From Chrysomallon squamiferum (lineage: Eukaryota; Animalia; Mollusca), in NCBI GenBank assembly GCA_012295275.1, contig CM022677.1, positions 11,284,001-11,348,000 on the forward strand: DNA of 64,000 nucleotides, in the 5' to 3' direction. Shown here piece by piece: positions 38,966 to 60,893 of the stretch. The notes under the pieces were generated by a model. It saw only the letters and a list, made by a program, of their open reading frames with translations, was not told the origin of the DNA and did no database searches. The stretch's first letter is position 1, and each line of letters opens with the position of its first letter. The translations under genes and the position numbers were made by a program.

Positions 38966-41004
38966 AATGCTTTACTAGTGAATGTTCAATGTTATGTGAA
39001 TACAGTTTTTAAACTTGCTTGTGTTTGTTCTGTTCTAGTGATACGGTATTTATAATTATATAGCATATATAGATCCCATACTGACCACTAGAGCAAGTCA
39101 ACTCAGGTAGTACCTGCCTGAGAGACAGACACATTTACAACTTAGGGGAATCCCATGGCACCAAGGAAAGCATTATAATGATAATGTTAATACTAATAAT
39201 AATAATAAAATTAACATAACAGCAAATGACTGATTATTATTACTGTTTTACTGTGAATTAAGAATTGTCTCTAAGACACAAAATAAAATAAACTCACAAC
39301 TCAGAATGCATGAGAATGGTTTCTCTAACAGCTGATTCATCCTTGATGTAAGTTACCTTTCTAGGCAGCACCTCAATGATACTGAAGTGATCTACTGAAA
39401 ATATTTAACATTAGTAGTAAGTATAAAGTTTACTAATTTTAATAAAAACATGATTTTTTTTATCAATCTACATTTGACAGACAAACACATTTTTTCTGCT
39501 TATTATCTTTTGTTGATATTTCAATTATTTTTATCAATTTTAATCATGACGATGATAAAAATTAATATCAATAATATTAATAACCTTAATAACAATAGTA
39601 GTAGTAGTAATAGTAGTAATAATAGTAGTAATATATATTAATAGTAAAAATAGCAATAATAACACAACAATAACAGTAATAATAATTTACTATATACATT
39701 TTAACCTATTATTGTTTATAATAAGTATAGTATTTTTTAATGAGAAAAAGAAGGAATGAATGTTTTATTCAACAACATCTATATAGCATCATATTTTTGC
39801 TTTTGCATTTAACACGTTTTATGAAGGAATGTGGTAACTATACCGTAGCAAAAAGTGTCATGACGGGAAACACAAATTTCCTCATAGATAATTTTCAGAG
39901 CATTTATTTTTTCTAGTTTTGATGAATAATTATAAGTGTTATATAAAGCCTGAAACTTGAGGTAATTCAAACAAAATGACAATGCACATAATACCTTTAA
40001 TAATTAGAATATATATCTTGAAATATTTGAAATTGTTTTAATATTTCACTCATCTCATTTTTCTTTAAAGTTAAAAATGTTCTTTAAAGTAATAATAATA
40101 ATAAAAAGATGAAGTAAAAGAAAAAACATTCAGAGGTAAATATATTCAAAAAATCGTGGTTTATCGAGACTAGTCTAGCCATTTCTATGAACCAAATTAC
40201 TAAGAAACAGAACCGAAAGGAACACATTTGTTTTACCTCATCTAATTTTTCGGTAGGCGAATTTCCTCCATCCCCATATGCCGAGACTGCGTCCTAACCT
40301 AGAAATATATAATATATCCTACATATGCATCTATATACCACTACACAAATACAAAAAATAGCAAAAAAATTAAATTGACTTGGCTGAAATAAGATTTATT
40401 CTTTGTTTTGTTTTTTTCGCGTCAGCTGATTTCCGCTGTCTTTAATATAACAATCATGATGTCGATCGAGGTATCACACAGCTGTGGCTAAACACCTTTC
40501 AAACAATCAGAGGCTCTGTCACAGGATGAGTATACGTACACTTCCCCTACAGAGTAATATTACAATGCGGGATGTGGAACACGGATGAGAAAATGAAAGG
40601 AATAAACGAGTAAACATGCAAAAGAAAATGTAAAAGAAAGCTACAACTATTATAGAAATTATGAACTATGATAGCATTAAACAAAACAAATATAATTAGA
40701 ATGAAAAGAACGAAACAATAAAGGAACAAGAGACAGAATTAAAAATGATAATAAATAAAATAAAATAAAAAAATCATATAATCGAACGCTTGGAAAATAA
40801 GATATGATATATTTAGGCGTTGTGGCCATGCATTTGAAGGCCACTGTAAGTTCAAGCTGAGAGCACAGTTAGAAATGGTGTTAGCATCAGAATTAAGTTC
40901 ATTTCCTTCGTTAGGGTTACGTTTAAGGAATGTTATGGTTAGGGTTAGGATGAAGGTTATTTAAATTTTATTATCAATGTTACGATAATGTGCAAAGTAA
41001 TTGT

Positions 41005-41325
41005 CGTAGAGTAGGAATGGCTCTGGATAATGGCCAACGGTCTTCTGCCACTCATCTGGTAGCTATGAACTCAGAGATGCTGTGGTACTGGAGGAGTCCT
41101 GTGTTGCTTGAGTAAACAGCGCTTAGTGTTCTCGATTGATAAGGCGGCCTGCACATGTGGTCCGAGCTCAGCTGTGACTTAAGTGAAGATCTGTGATGAC
41201 TTTTCCAGTGATTTCGCACATGGAACTGCAACACTTGGTGTATGAGATCTCGGTGTCATCAGGTGAATGGACGACCGGGTTCAGTCATATCTGCCGTAGT
41301 GCCGAGTGTAGCACACAACCTACAA
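41005..41325 (+). mobile_element. GC-rich island, possibly a SINE body
   Basis: ~320 bp of markedly higher GC with no convincing ORF. Its 3' end (catatctgccgtagtgccgagtgtagcacacaacc) loosely resembles tails of molluscan SINEs. No intact pol III A/B boxes are seen. Confidence 0.3.
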
Positions 41326-42173
41326 AGACATAATATAACATTAATTAATACCAGAATATGAAGTCATTCGGAAATATTGATATTCAAACCTTAGACCCAT
41401 CCTATGCTTTTTTACTGTGATCTGAAGAAATATACAAGATTTTCCAGCCCTTCCAATTAAATCGAATTCATTAACACATCATTGCATTTCAGAAATTTAA
41501 AATATAAATAAAATCATCTACAGTGTATCCACCCTTATACATACCAAGACTGACTTTCTTGGAGTACTTCCACCAAATCTTGTTCATCCTAGTAGCTAAC
41601 TTTGTATACATGTGGCATGACTTCATCGTAATTTTATTGATATGTTTGTGATGTGTATTCTAACGATGGCACTAATGAGTCTCAGGAATGGTGCTCCCTC
41701 AGAGCTTTTATATTCATAGCATGGGTTAAGTGGGAAGCCATCTGGGAAGCCATATACAGGGATAGATCTGAAGATAAGATAAGGGGATAAATCTGAAGAT
41801 AAGATAAAGGGATAGATCTGTAGTTAAGATAAAGGGATAAGTCTGAGGACATAAAGAGAAGGGATTACCCTTTGATGGTTCAATTAGAGAATGGCTTCTT
41901 AAATGGCTTCTTCAAGAAAATGATAACTGAGACATTTAAAGAACCCACTGGATAGGTCAAGGACTCAATGAAATTAAAACTCAATTGGGCAACTTATTTG
42001 GGAAACTGACTTATGTTAGAGATGTTGAGATATAGATTGTCATAGTATTTATGGTGAAACATATGGATTATCAATTGGGGAATGATAATTAAAGGGAGAA
42101 AGAGCTGCATATTTATGATGAGTATTTAAGAAGCATGAAAAATATTGTTTGGCAAGAAAATAATTTCTAAACA

Positions 42174-42842
42174 CGATGCATTACCTTGAACAGACACACT
42201 GACAGGGTAGTACATACCACAGTCTGTAATACTAGATACAGTGCACTGCCTTGAACAAAAATACTCACTCACACGATAGTACATACCACTGCCTGTTATA
42301 TACTAGGCACGAGGCACTGCCTTGAACAAATAGTCACTGAGTGGATAGTACATACCACAGTCTGTAATATAGTAGACACCTTCCACTGACTTGAAGAAAC
42401 AGACTCAGTGACAGGGTAGTACATACCAGAGTCTATAATATACTAGGCACTACACACTGCCTTGAACAAACAGACTCACTGACAGGGTAGTACATACCAG
42501 ACTCTCTAATATACTAGACACAATGCACTGCCTTGAACAAACAGAGTCACTGACAGGATAGTACATACCACAGTCTGTAATATAGTACACACGATGCACT
42601 GCCTTGAACAGACACTGACAGGGTAGTACATACCACAGTCTGTAATACTAGATACAGTGCACTGCCTTGAACAAAAATACTCAGTCACAGGATAGTACAT
42701 ACCACAGTCTGTAATATATTAGACACGATGCATTGCTTTGAAGAAAGAGACTCAGTGACAGGGTAGGACATAACACAGTCTGTAATATACTAGGCACAAG
42801 GCAATGCCTTGAACAAACAGAGTCACTGACAGGATAGTAACC
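42174..42842 (-). repeat. ~71-bp satellite array, ~9-10 copies, inverted relative to 54540-56678
   Basis: Repeated gacagggtagtacataccacagtctgtaatatactagacac...tgccttgaacaaacagactcact. Confidence 0.96.
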
Positions 42843-42844
42843 CT

Positions 42845-43986
42845 ACTGGAATTGAAAAGGAAAAACATAGCAAATACAAGGTTACAGAGTTATCTCCCAT
42901 GATAACTTGTTCCGTTAACCAACCGATAATTCTTCAACCTGACTTTGTAAGAGTTCGCTAGATTTGTTCGTTGGCTTCACTTTAGCGAACTAATACTTGA
43001 ATTAATAAGGAAAAACAATAGCAAACTTTTGTTAATAGAGTTATCGCCTGTGATAAACTGTTTTGTTAACCAACCGATAACTCTATAACGTTAAGGTTGG
43101 AAATGTTAGCTGGCTTCACTTTAGCATTAACGTGTGGCTGTTGTTTTTTTTGCACGAGTAATCACTTTGGTCACATTTGGTGACCTGGCGAAAAATGTCC
43201 ACAGATATTGGATTAAAAAGATATAGCACTACAGATCCTCTACATGTAACACAAGCGACATATAGCATAGACCCCACTGTAATAGCCGAAACACAGGAAT
43301 ACATCTTCCTAAACATCTCCCCGATAATGAGAATCAGTTTTGTAAAACGTAAGTGAGAATGTTGATCGAGTGATCACTTCTCTCCTTCCATTTACTTGTT
43401 GTCCTTGTATTGAGACAGAGCGGGATGTGAATATGACAGCTGATGAGAGACATCATCACAAGATGTAAATGCTGCTCCTGTAAGACGCTCATCAGCATCG
43501 TAATCCTCGTAACCTACCCCTCTCTGCAGTTGTTCTGGAAAGTAAGTCTGTTTCTGAAAACTCTCCTCAAACTGTTTGAGATTTCGTTCAAGTACTTTTG
43601 GCTCAGTTGCTACTGCAGGGTAACAGAGGCAGTTCGTTACTGAGGACAGTCACATGTTCTGCGTGTGTGTGGGGGGAGTCAGAGACATGACACAGATTTT
43701 ATTAGATAATACAAATTATTATTAAATGTTTCACGTAAGAGACATAACTCTCATCCCTGTTTGTGAACACATATCACTAAAGGGAGATAACTATAATCGA
43801 TGTAATTTTTAGTTTGCTTAGTGAGTACATCTCATGTAAGGGACATATGTCTAAAGTATGTTTGTGAACACATATCACTAAAGGGAAATAACTCTAATCG
43901 ATGCAATTTTTACTTATGGAGTAAACTCCTCCCACTATCGGTGATACGTCAGGACTTTTTATATATACATTATATATATATATTAC

Positions 43987-44055
<69 letters not shown>

Positions 44056-44392
44056 AAGTGGTAGTTGTAGTAGTGGTAGTAGTAGTATCTCTATTTGTGC
44101 ATTCTTAATTTATTTCACATATTTAAAATCTTTCTTTATTAAAATCTTAATATTTTTCATTCATGCTATTCAGAGTAAAAATAAGGTCAAGAATTTATAT
44201 TTGTTACGAAATTCCGTTTTAATACGTGAACATTTCTATATTTTATTTATTATGATTTCAAATACATGTAAATACTGTTTTTCAGCCTTTTCATACCGAC
44301 ACGTTATTTAAATTTCACAGATATAATGATTTCTAGAGCGTAAAATTGTTAATTTTGTGTTGAGAGAAGAGAGCGAGTTAGAGAGATGGAGA

Positions 44393-44486
<94 letters not shown>

Positions 44487-45458
44487 TAGACAGAGAGAAA
44501 GCGAGTAACCATTAACCAAATACTAACATTTAACAAACCATTGACAAAATTCTAACCACTAACCAAATATTAGCCATTAACTAAAAACTAACTGTTAACC
44601 AAATACTAACCGTCAACAAATACTAACATTTAACAAATACTAACCATTACTAACATCCCCTACGTGTACTGAACATCACCGTGGTGTATGTGTGGCAACA
44701 TTTCCAAAGGGAATGGCTAATTAGTACATTAATATTATATTAATTGGGTAGATATATAGACAGATAGATAGATTTATGATAGATAAATAGAAATACTACA
44801 TACAGAGATAGTTACTGAAGATAGATGAACAGATGGATACATAGGGTATTGCTACTGTTTTCTGATTTCGAATACAGTGCCATTAATTTGAAAGCCCTTT
44901 CTATATACAGAAAGACAGACAGGCCAACAGAAGTGTATGTACTTATGACATATAAATATCTCCCTTAGGCTTTCTTACTCTCTCTCTCTCACTCTCCGGG
45001 TTACTCTAATCAGATGGATTATTTTATTTTACCAGATATTATGTGATAATTAAGTATTATAGGTTTTGTGATTTAATGTGCTCTTTAACTGAAACTATTA
45101 TAGACACTTCTTGGCCCCCATATTTGGTGGTGCAATCAATAGTGTTGGCATTGATGTAGTCTATTCTGAGTTTTATTTAAGGTTTTTGAAACAGTTGAAA
45201 GTCTACGGTCCATCTGTGGGTGGCGGGCACGTGGTCAAACTTCAAATAAAATCAAGAGGATGAGGTCTGCCGAGGCATTGACAGAAGAAGAAAGTGTCAA
45301 GAGGTATGAAGAAGAGTTGGCAGAGAAGAAGAAAAAGGTGGAAGAAAAGGCAAAGAAATGAAAGGTTTTAGAGGCAACATTACAACAACAAAAATAGAAG
45401 ATACCAAAGTCAAAACGGCAGTTCAATTTGAATGCTACAGCAGAACCAGTGGATGCAG
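42845..45458 (+). repeat. Duplication unit, copy 1 (truncated at its right end within the transposase-like tail)
   Basis: Reverse-complement match to ~51560-54540 and direct match to ~56700-59965. Confidence 0.92.
45230..45458 (+). mobile_element. Truncated copy of the same transposase-like tail (copy 1)
   Basis: Same RSAEALTEEESVKRYEEE sequence, with stops. It breaks off at an A-run near 45460, before the zinc finger. Confidence 0.5.
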
Positions 45459-45479
45459 TCAAAAAAAAAAAAAAGAGAA

Positions 45480-46713
45480 ATCTGAAGGGAAATAATTTTG
45501 AAAATTCAGTGATCTCCAAGAGACTGCATTGTCAATGTGATCAGAACATCCAGTGTACACATTGTACTTCATAGCAGCTTGCACTGTTTTTATCACTGAT
45601 GTGTGCTTGGTTATTCTAATGTTTCTCACTGGAAGAGGAATGGATATGCATCATTGCTATGGAATGCCATTTTTCTAAATAAGCTAAAATTAATGTGACA
45701 ACCAGTTTTTTCTTTATCTTGTTTAAATCAGGTGAGTTTGCTGGGGCTAATATAAATATAATTGAAGATTGTGTAGTTGGGGTAATAAGAATTTTTTTTT
45801 TTTTTTTTATAATTCAGGAAATCTTTTTTTAAAAATGTCTTTAAATTATTTAAATCATAGGAAAAAATCAATGACTATTAATAAAATTAACTATTAACTA
45901 AATTAAAATTTTATTTGCATTAACCATGACTTTGTTATTTTTAATTAGAAGAAACATGATGATCTTCAAGTTGAAATTACTTAAAAACCTGTCTAGATAA
46001 AAAAACTTAAATATTCAGTTATTTTTGTTTAGACATTTCTACCAGTTTTTATAATTTGCATTGCCACTTTAGAAAGAATAATTGAATTATTTCAACAAAA
46101 AATCTTTAAAAAACTAAAAATAATTTATAAATGATAAAAAAAAAATAAGAGAAACAAAAAAAAATGTACATAATTGGAATGTTTCCAAGTATTTTATAAT
46201 TTGCCTTTCACATTTTCATAAAATTCAAAAAATTATTTCAAAAATGTGCAATTGGAAATGTCTTCCAATTTATTTATAATCTGTATTTTCTGTTTAATTC
46301 AATTAGAAAGAAAATAATAATTATCTCTTTAAAAAATGAAGTATAAAATGGTATTTAATGTTTCCAAGGTAAATTATGTTACGTAAATGGGAGACATTTA
46401 CAAAATCAAACCCATTGCATCTTATCTAAAAACAATAATCAAAATAGAAAATAATGCTTAAGTTGTTTCAGTTTCTTAACATTAAAAATGTTAAGGCACA
46501 TTCAAATAATTCAAAACAAAAATAAACAAATAAAGAATAGTCTTTGTGTGTTTTTATTTTTATTATGTATATATTGATAACATCTTCGGTATTTGTTGTC
46601 AACCAACAAAAGATAATCTGATTTAATCATTATTTTTTATATATACATGTTGTTCGATTTTATGAAAACAAACAATCAAAGCACTAGAATGAACACTAAA
46701 AACACACACACAC

Positions 46714-46780
<67 letters not shown>

Positions 46781-47055
46781 ATTTACAAACCAATTAAACA
46801 GAGTTGTTTCCCTTAGACCATTAATAGATATAACATTGCAAACTATTCCAATATTAAATTCATTTTCTAATCAACCAGTTTCCATTATTTTTTGGTTTAT
46901 TTGATTTATTATTATTATTATAAACAAAGAATTTTTCTTTTTATTCAAGGGGCAAATCGTAAAACTAAAACATTTTAAGCGAAATAGGAATTTTAGAATA
47001 CTTAAGTAATAATAATAATTCAAATAATAAATCCCACACTTGTAAAATTTTAAAC

Positions 47056-47109
<54 letters not shown>

Positions 47110-47895
47110 CATTACATCATTTCAGTTTCATTTTCTTTAAAATAAAAATTACTGCAAATATGTTTTTAAAAATGATACTGCTTTTAATAGCGCTAAAATT
47201 ATTTTTTAGCCTGATTAATTTCAGGTTTTTTCAAATATCATTTAATGTTAATAAGAACAATTCAAAATCAAGACAATAATATAAGAATAAATCATTAAAA
47301 TAATCCAGTTTAATAATTATATTTTTATATCTAATTGTATATCATTTTTCTGTTCATTTAAAAAAAACAAAAAAACAATCAAAACACTTAGAACTTGTAT
47401 TTATTTATATATAAACAAGGACATTGTCTTTCACATACAACAGTTCTCTCTGACCGCAAACACATTAACTCTTTCTCACAGATAACATCCTGTAACCGTG
47501 ATTAATTTTGTCCTTGCTTATTATTATATCTACTTTGGGGAATGCAATGATTGGAGTTTTTGGTTAATAAAATATAACCAGGTTATGTTACATAAATGGG
47601 TGGCAGTACAAATATTTTTCAAAAAAGAAAATAGTATTTGTTCTTAACTGTTTTAAATCCTGACATTTGCAAATTCAACCTCATTGCATCTTATCTAAAA
47701 ACAATAATGAAAATGGAAAATATTTCTGAAATTGTTTCAATTTCTTAACATTAAAAATGTTAAGGCACATTCAAATAATTTAAAACAAAAATAAAGAAAG
47801 AATAGTCTTTGTGTGTTTTTATTTTTATTATGTATATATTGATCAGCGTCTTCTGTATTTGTTATCAATTAGCAAAAGATAATCTGACATAATCA

Positions 47896-47937
<42 letters not shown>

Positions 47938-47940
47938 TTC

Positions 47941-48017
<77 letters not shown>

Positions 48018-50255
48018 CTCAGTCTTTTTTGTATATTTACAAACACGTTAAAGTTATATCCCTTAGCAGTGTCAAGCTAAATTTGATTTGCTACATTTAG
48101 ATGAATTTTGCTAATTCTTTAAAATGATTTATCACAAAATATTTCAATAGTAACATATATTTACTCCAAAAGTTTATAAAGACCCAATTTCCATTATTTG
48201 TTTGTTTATTTGAGTTATTATTACTACTTAATTAATTATTGTAAAATTCCTATTTTGCTAAAAACTGTTTTTTTCGATTTGTCCCTTGAACAAAAACAAT
48301 GAAATTTTCATATAAATTTTGAGCAGTCAAAATCACTCTGCATAATGTTACTAATCCAACTGAAGTTTGTTAAATAGGAAATATAATTACAATAACATTT
48401 TAAGACAAAACTAAACACCACTTTTTTAACAATGAATTCTAATACTAAATTATAGTGACATATGCCTTTAAGATTTTGTACTATGAACCCATTTTACTTT
48501 TATTTGATACTGTCATAGGCTGTCATAATGATGCCATAATAAAGCAAATTAATTTTTAATTCTTTAAATTTTATTATTACTATTATTATTATTATTATTA
48601 TAGACATACATAACTTCATTTTCATTTCTTTAAAATAAAAATTACTGCAAAATTATTTTTTTAATCTGATTAATTTCAGCTATCTACAACATTCAAAATC
48701 AAGTCAATAATATAAGAATAAATCATTAAAATAATCCAATTAATAATTCTGTTTTTTATCTCTACTTTTATATCATTTTTCTGTTCATTTTTTGAAAAGA
48801 CAACAACAAACAAAACACTTGGAACTTGTATTTATTTATACATAAACAAGGACACTGTCTTTCACATGCAGCAGTTATTTGACAACAAACACATTAACTC
48901 TTTCTCACAGATAACATGTACGTAACAACTCAACCTTTCACATTCACATCTGTCTGTCTTTCTCTCTGTATCTATGTCTGCATCGATTTCTCCTACATAC
49001 CCATGCCTCAGATAACACATACAAAAATTATAATTTCTTTCAGTACACACATTCACTCACACACAACTTACATACATATATATATATATATATACCCATT
49101 TTCTTTTTCTAACAGCCAATACATATATATCCACATCTGTTCGTGTGTTTCTCTATCAATCCATAAATTCTACACAGTTTTAACAATTTTTCTGTTGCCG
49201 CCTGCTTCTCTCTATGAATAGTCCAAACTAGTTATTATTATTATTGTTCCATCTATATTTTTGTGCATCTCGATTATGTCATCAATTTTACATTCTACCA
49301 TGTAAAACAAGTTTCCGAGGCGAAGACACTGTTAAATAAAAAATACAGGAAAAGGAGAAGATTTCGAAATAAATATAAAATATCATATTATTTTTCCTGA
49401 TTCTACATTTTGCTTTATAAACTGTGCTGCTGGATAAGCTTAATGCTTCTTTTTTTAATTGTTTACTACTGATAATATCTTTTCATCGCTCTCTAAAACA
49501 AATTTTATAAAACTATACATTTATTTATTTATTTATTTATTTATTTATATATTTTTGTGGTTGAGAAATACAGAGGGCCTTTCAAATAAATCATATTTTT
49601 AAATACGGTAACCAATATTATACCAGTTAATCATTAATTTCTGTGTATAATATCATATTTAATTTGGTAATTTTCTGAAGATAATTTGAGACTGCTCGAC
49701 AGAATTTACGTTTTTATTTAGTACCAGCTGTGCAGTTTATACGACTAAATTGAGACTGAGCGGAAATTACGTTCCATCTTAGTAAAAAAAAAACACTGCT
49801 TACATCGATATTTTATTATGTTTACCTTATATATAAACTGTCAGCTAAAGGAATATCATCGGCTTTTCAAGAATGATCTTGATAACAGTAAATGTCGCTG
49901 TGAAAACTGCGCTCATGTTGACATCATTTATCATCGACGTATCAACAAAAATGAATGGATTCTTATAAAGTAAAAGCTCAGTTTTCAGCATCATCAAGAG
50001 CTTTTTAGTGTAATCTGTTCTGCTGTTAATCAAATATCACATTAATCTGGATCTGACCTGTTAATTTTATAGTGGCATTCAGCACTCGACTTGTAAATTC
50101 AGAAATAAATAATTTAATGGCTAGATATACAGGGGAAGCCACTCTATTGTGATAATATTTTTCTCTTAAACTGAGTTACAGTTTCTTCTCTACAAAAAAA
50201 AAAAAAAATAAAAATAAAAATTAATACTGAACACGAGAGAAGTTATACTTTACTT
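45480..50255 (-). repeat. Inverted, internally rearranged copy of 2640-6745
   Basis: 47570-50255 mirrors ~2640-5310, 45500-46370 mirrors ~5670-6720, and 46400-47480 is an additional diverged copy of ~4020-5210. Confidence 0.9.
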
Positions 50256-50744
50256 GAATCACAGAATTTGATTCTGCAAACGACATTAAAATAAAAATTC
50301 ACAGAGATAAGCGAAGTTTTCTGTTTTGTAAAACGCGACGTAATTCACGTTTTATATATAAAACCAGCGACGTTTATATCATAAATTGTTACTGAGTGAA
50401 AATAACGTGATGTTTTACTATGTTTTACCTCTATTTTGCATCATAAACAATACTGATAATTTCACTTACAGTTACATTTTATTCTACTAGCTGATATTAA
50501 TATTATAATTTGTAAGTTATATCATTAAAAAACACAAAAAAACAACATGCGTATCCATACGCCTTCTACAAAACTTTAAAGAACAAAATAGTATAACTTT
50601 AAAACCTAGCTGCTACCTTAATGGAATCGCAGCAATTTATATTAATACCTTGAGAATTAATGAAATAAATATCATAGTTTCTATGAGCGTAGTTTTCTGA
50701 AGGTAATTTGAGAACACTGGACAGAATTTACGATTTAATTTACT

Positions 50745-54539
<3,795 letters not shown>

Positions 54540-54540
<1 letters not shown>

Positions 54541-56678
54541 TATTATCCTGTCAGTGACTCTGTTTGTTCAAGGCATTGCCTTGTGCCTAGTATATTATAG
54601 AATGTGCTATGTACTACCCTGTCACTGAGTCTGTTTCTTCAAGTCTGTGGAATGTGTCTAGTATATTACAGACTGTGGTATGTACTACCCTGTCACTAAG
54701 TCTGTTTCTTCAAGTCTGTAGAAAGTGTCTAGTATATTCCAGACTGTGGTATGTACTACCCTCTCAGAGAATCTGTTTATTCAAAACAGTGCATTGTGTC
54801 TAGTATATTACAGACTGTGGCATGTACTAACCTGTCAGTGAGTTTATTTCTTCAAGGCAGTGCACCGTGTCAGGTATATTACAGACTTTGCTATGTACTA
54901 TCTTGTCATTGAGTATGTTTCTTCAAAGCAATGCATCTTCTCTTGTATATAACAGACTGTGGTATGTGCTATCCTGTCAGTGTCTCTGTTTGTTCAAGAC
55001 AGTGCCTCTTCCCTAGTATATTACAGACTGTGGTATGTACTATCCTGTCAGTGACTCGGTTTGTTCAAGGCAGGGCACCGTGTCTAGTATATATTAGACT
55101 GTAGTATGGACTACCCTGTCAGTGAGTCCGTTTCTTCAAGGTGTCTACTATATTACAGACTGTGGTATGTACTATCCTGTCACTGAGTCTGTTTCTTCAA
55201 GTCTGTGGAACGTGTCTAGTATATTACAGACTGTGTTATGTCCTACCCTGTCACTGAGTCTGTTTCTTCAAGTCCGTGGAACGGGTCTAGTATATTACAG
55301 ACTGTGGTATGTACTACCCTGTCACTGAGTCTGTTTCTTCAAGTCTATGGAACGTGTCTAGTATATTACAGACTGTGGTATGTACCATCCTGTGAGTGAG
55401 TCTTTTTGTTCAAGGCAGTGCACTGTGTCTAGTATTACAGACTGTGGTATGTACTATCCTGTCAGTGAGTCTGTTTGTTCAAGGCATGGCACCTTGTCTA
55501 GTATATATCTGACTGTGGTATTTACTACCCTGTTAGTGAGTCTGTTTCAACAAGTCAGTGCAAGGTGTCTACTATATACCGACTGTGGTATGTACTATCC
55601 TGTCAGTGACTCTGTTTGTAGAAGGCAGTGCCTCGTGCCTAGTATATTACAGACTGTGGTATGTACTATCCTGTCAGTGAGTCTGTTTATACAGGGCAGG
55701 GCACCGTGTCTAGTATATTACAGACTGTGGTATGTACTATCCTGGCTATGACTCTGTTTGTAGAAGGCAGTGCATCGTGTCTAGTATATTACAGACTGTG
55801 GTATGTACTATCCTGTCAGTGACTATTTGTTCAAGGCAGTGCCTGCTGCATAGTATATTACAGACTGTGGTATGTACTATCCTGTCAGTGACTATTTGTT
55901 CAAGGCAGTGCCTGCTGCATAGTATATTACAGACTGTGGTATGTACTATCCTGTCAGTGAGTCTGTTTCTTCAAGGCAGTGCACTATATCTAGTATTACA
56001 GATTGTGGTATGTACTACCCTGTCAGTGTGTCTGTTCAAGGCAATGCATCGTGTCTAGTGTATTACAGGCTATGGTATGTACTATCCTGTCAGTGAGTCG
56101 GTTTGTTCAAGGCAGAGCACCGTGTATACTATATTAGAAACTGTCGTATGTACTATCCTGTCAGTGACTCTGTTGAAGGCAGTGCCTCGTGCCTAGTATA
56201 TATTAGACTGTAGTATGTACTACCGTGTCAGTGAGTCTGTTTTTTTAAGTCAGTGCAAGTTGTGTTACATTGTATTACTATATTACAGACTGTGGTATGT
56301 ACTATCCTGTCAGTGACTATTTGTTCAAGGCAGTGCCTGCTGCATAGTATATTCCAGACTGTGGTATGTACTCTCCTGTCAGTGACTGTTTTTTCAAGGC
56401 AGTGCCTCGTGTCTAGTTAGAGACTGTGGTATGTAGTACCTTTCATTGAGTCTGTTTCTTCAAGTCTGTGCAACGTGGCTAGTACATTAGAGACTGTGGT
56501 ATGTACTATCCTGTCAGTGAGTCTGTTTCTTAAAAGCAGTGCATCCTATCTAGTGTATTATAAACTGTAGTATGTACTATCCTCTCAGAGAGTCTGCTTG
56601 TTCAAGGCCGTACATAGTGCCTAGTATATTACAGACTGTGGTATGTACTATCCTGTCAGTGAGTATATTTCTTCAAAA
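54540..56678 (+). repeat. ~71-bp satellite array, about 30 copies, at the palindrome centre
   Basis: Consensus tagtatattacagactgtggtatgtactatcctgtcagtgagtctgtttgttcaaggcagtgcatcgtgtc. The period is 71 (e.g. 55711 to 55782). Confidence 0.97.
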
Positions 56679-56689
56679 TATTTTTTTTT

Positions 56690-60893
<4,204 letters not shown>

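Noticed and set aside
41170-41275. Hammerhead ribozyme on the minus strand (CTGATGA...CGAAA) or C/D snoRNA on the plus strand
   Set aside because: The stem II closing pair is C-C and stem I cannot form. There is no properly placed D box (CTGA) on the plus strand.
43438-43497. CTGATGAG motifs suggesting a hammerhead in the duplicated unit
   Set aside because: They form a simple GCTGATGAG/CTCATCAGC inverted pair with no GAAA core.
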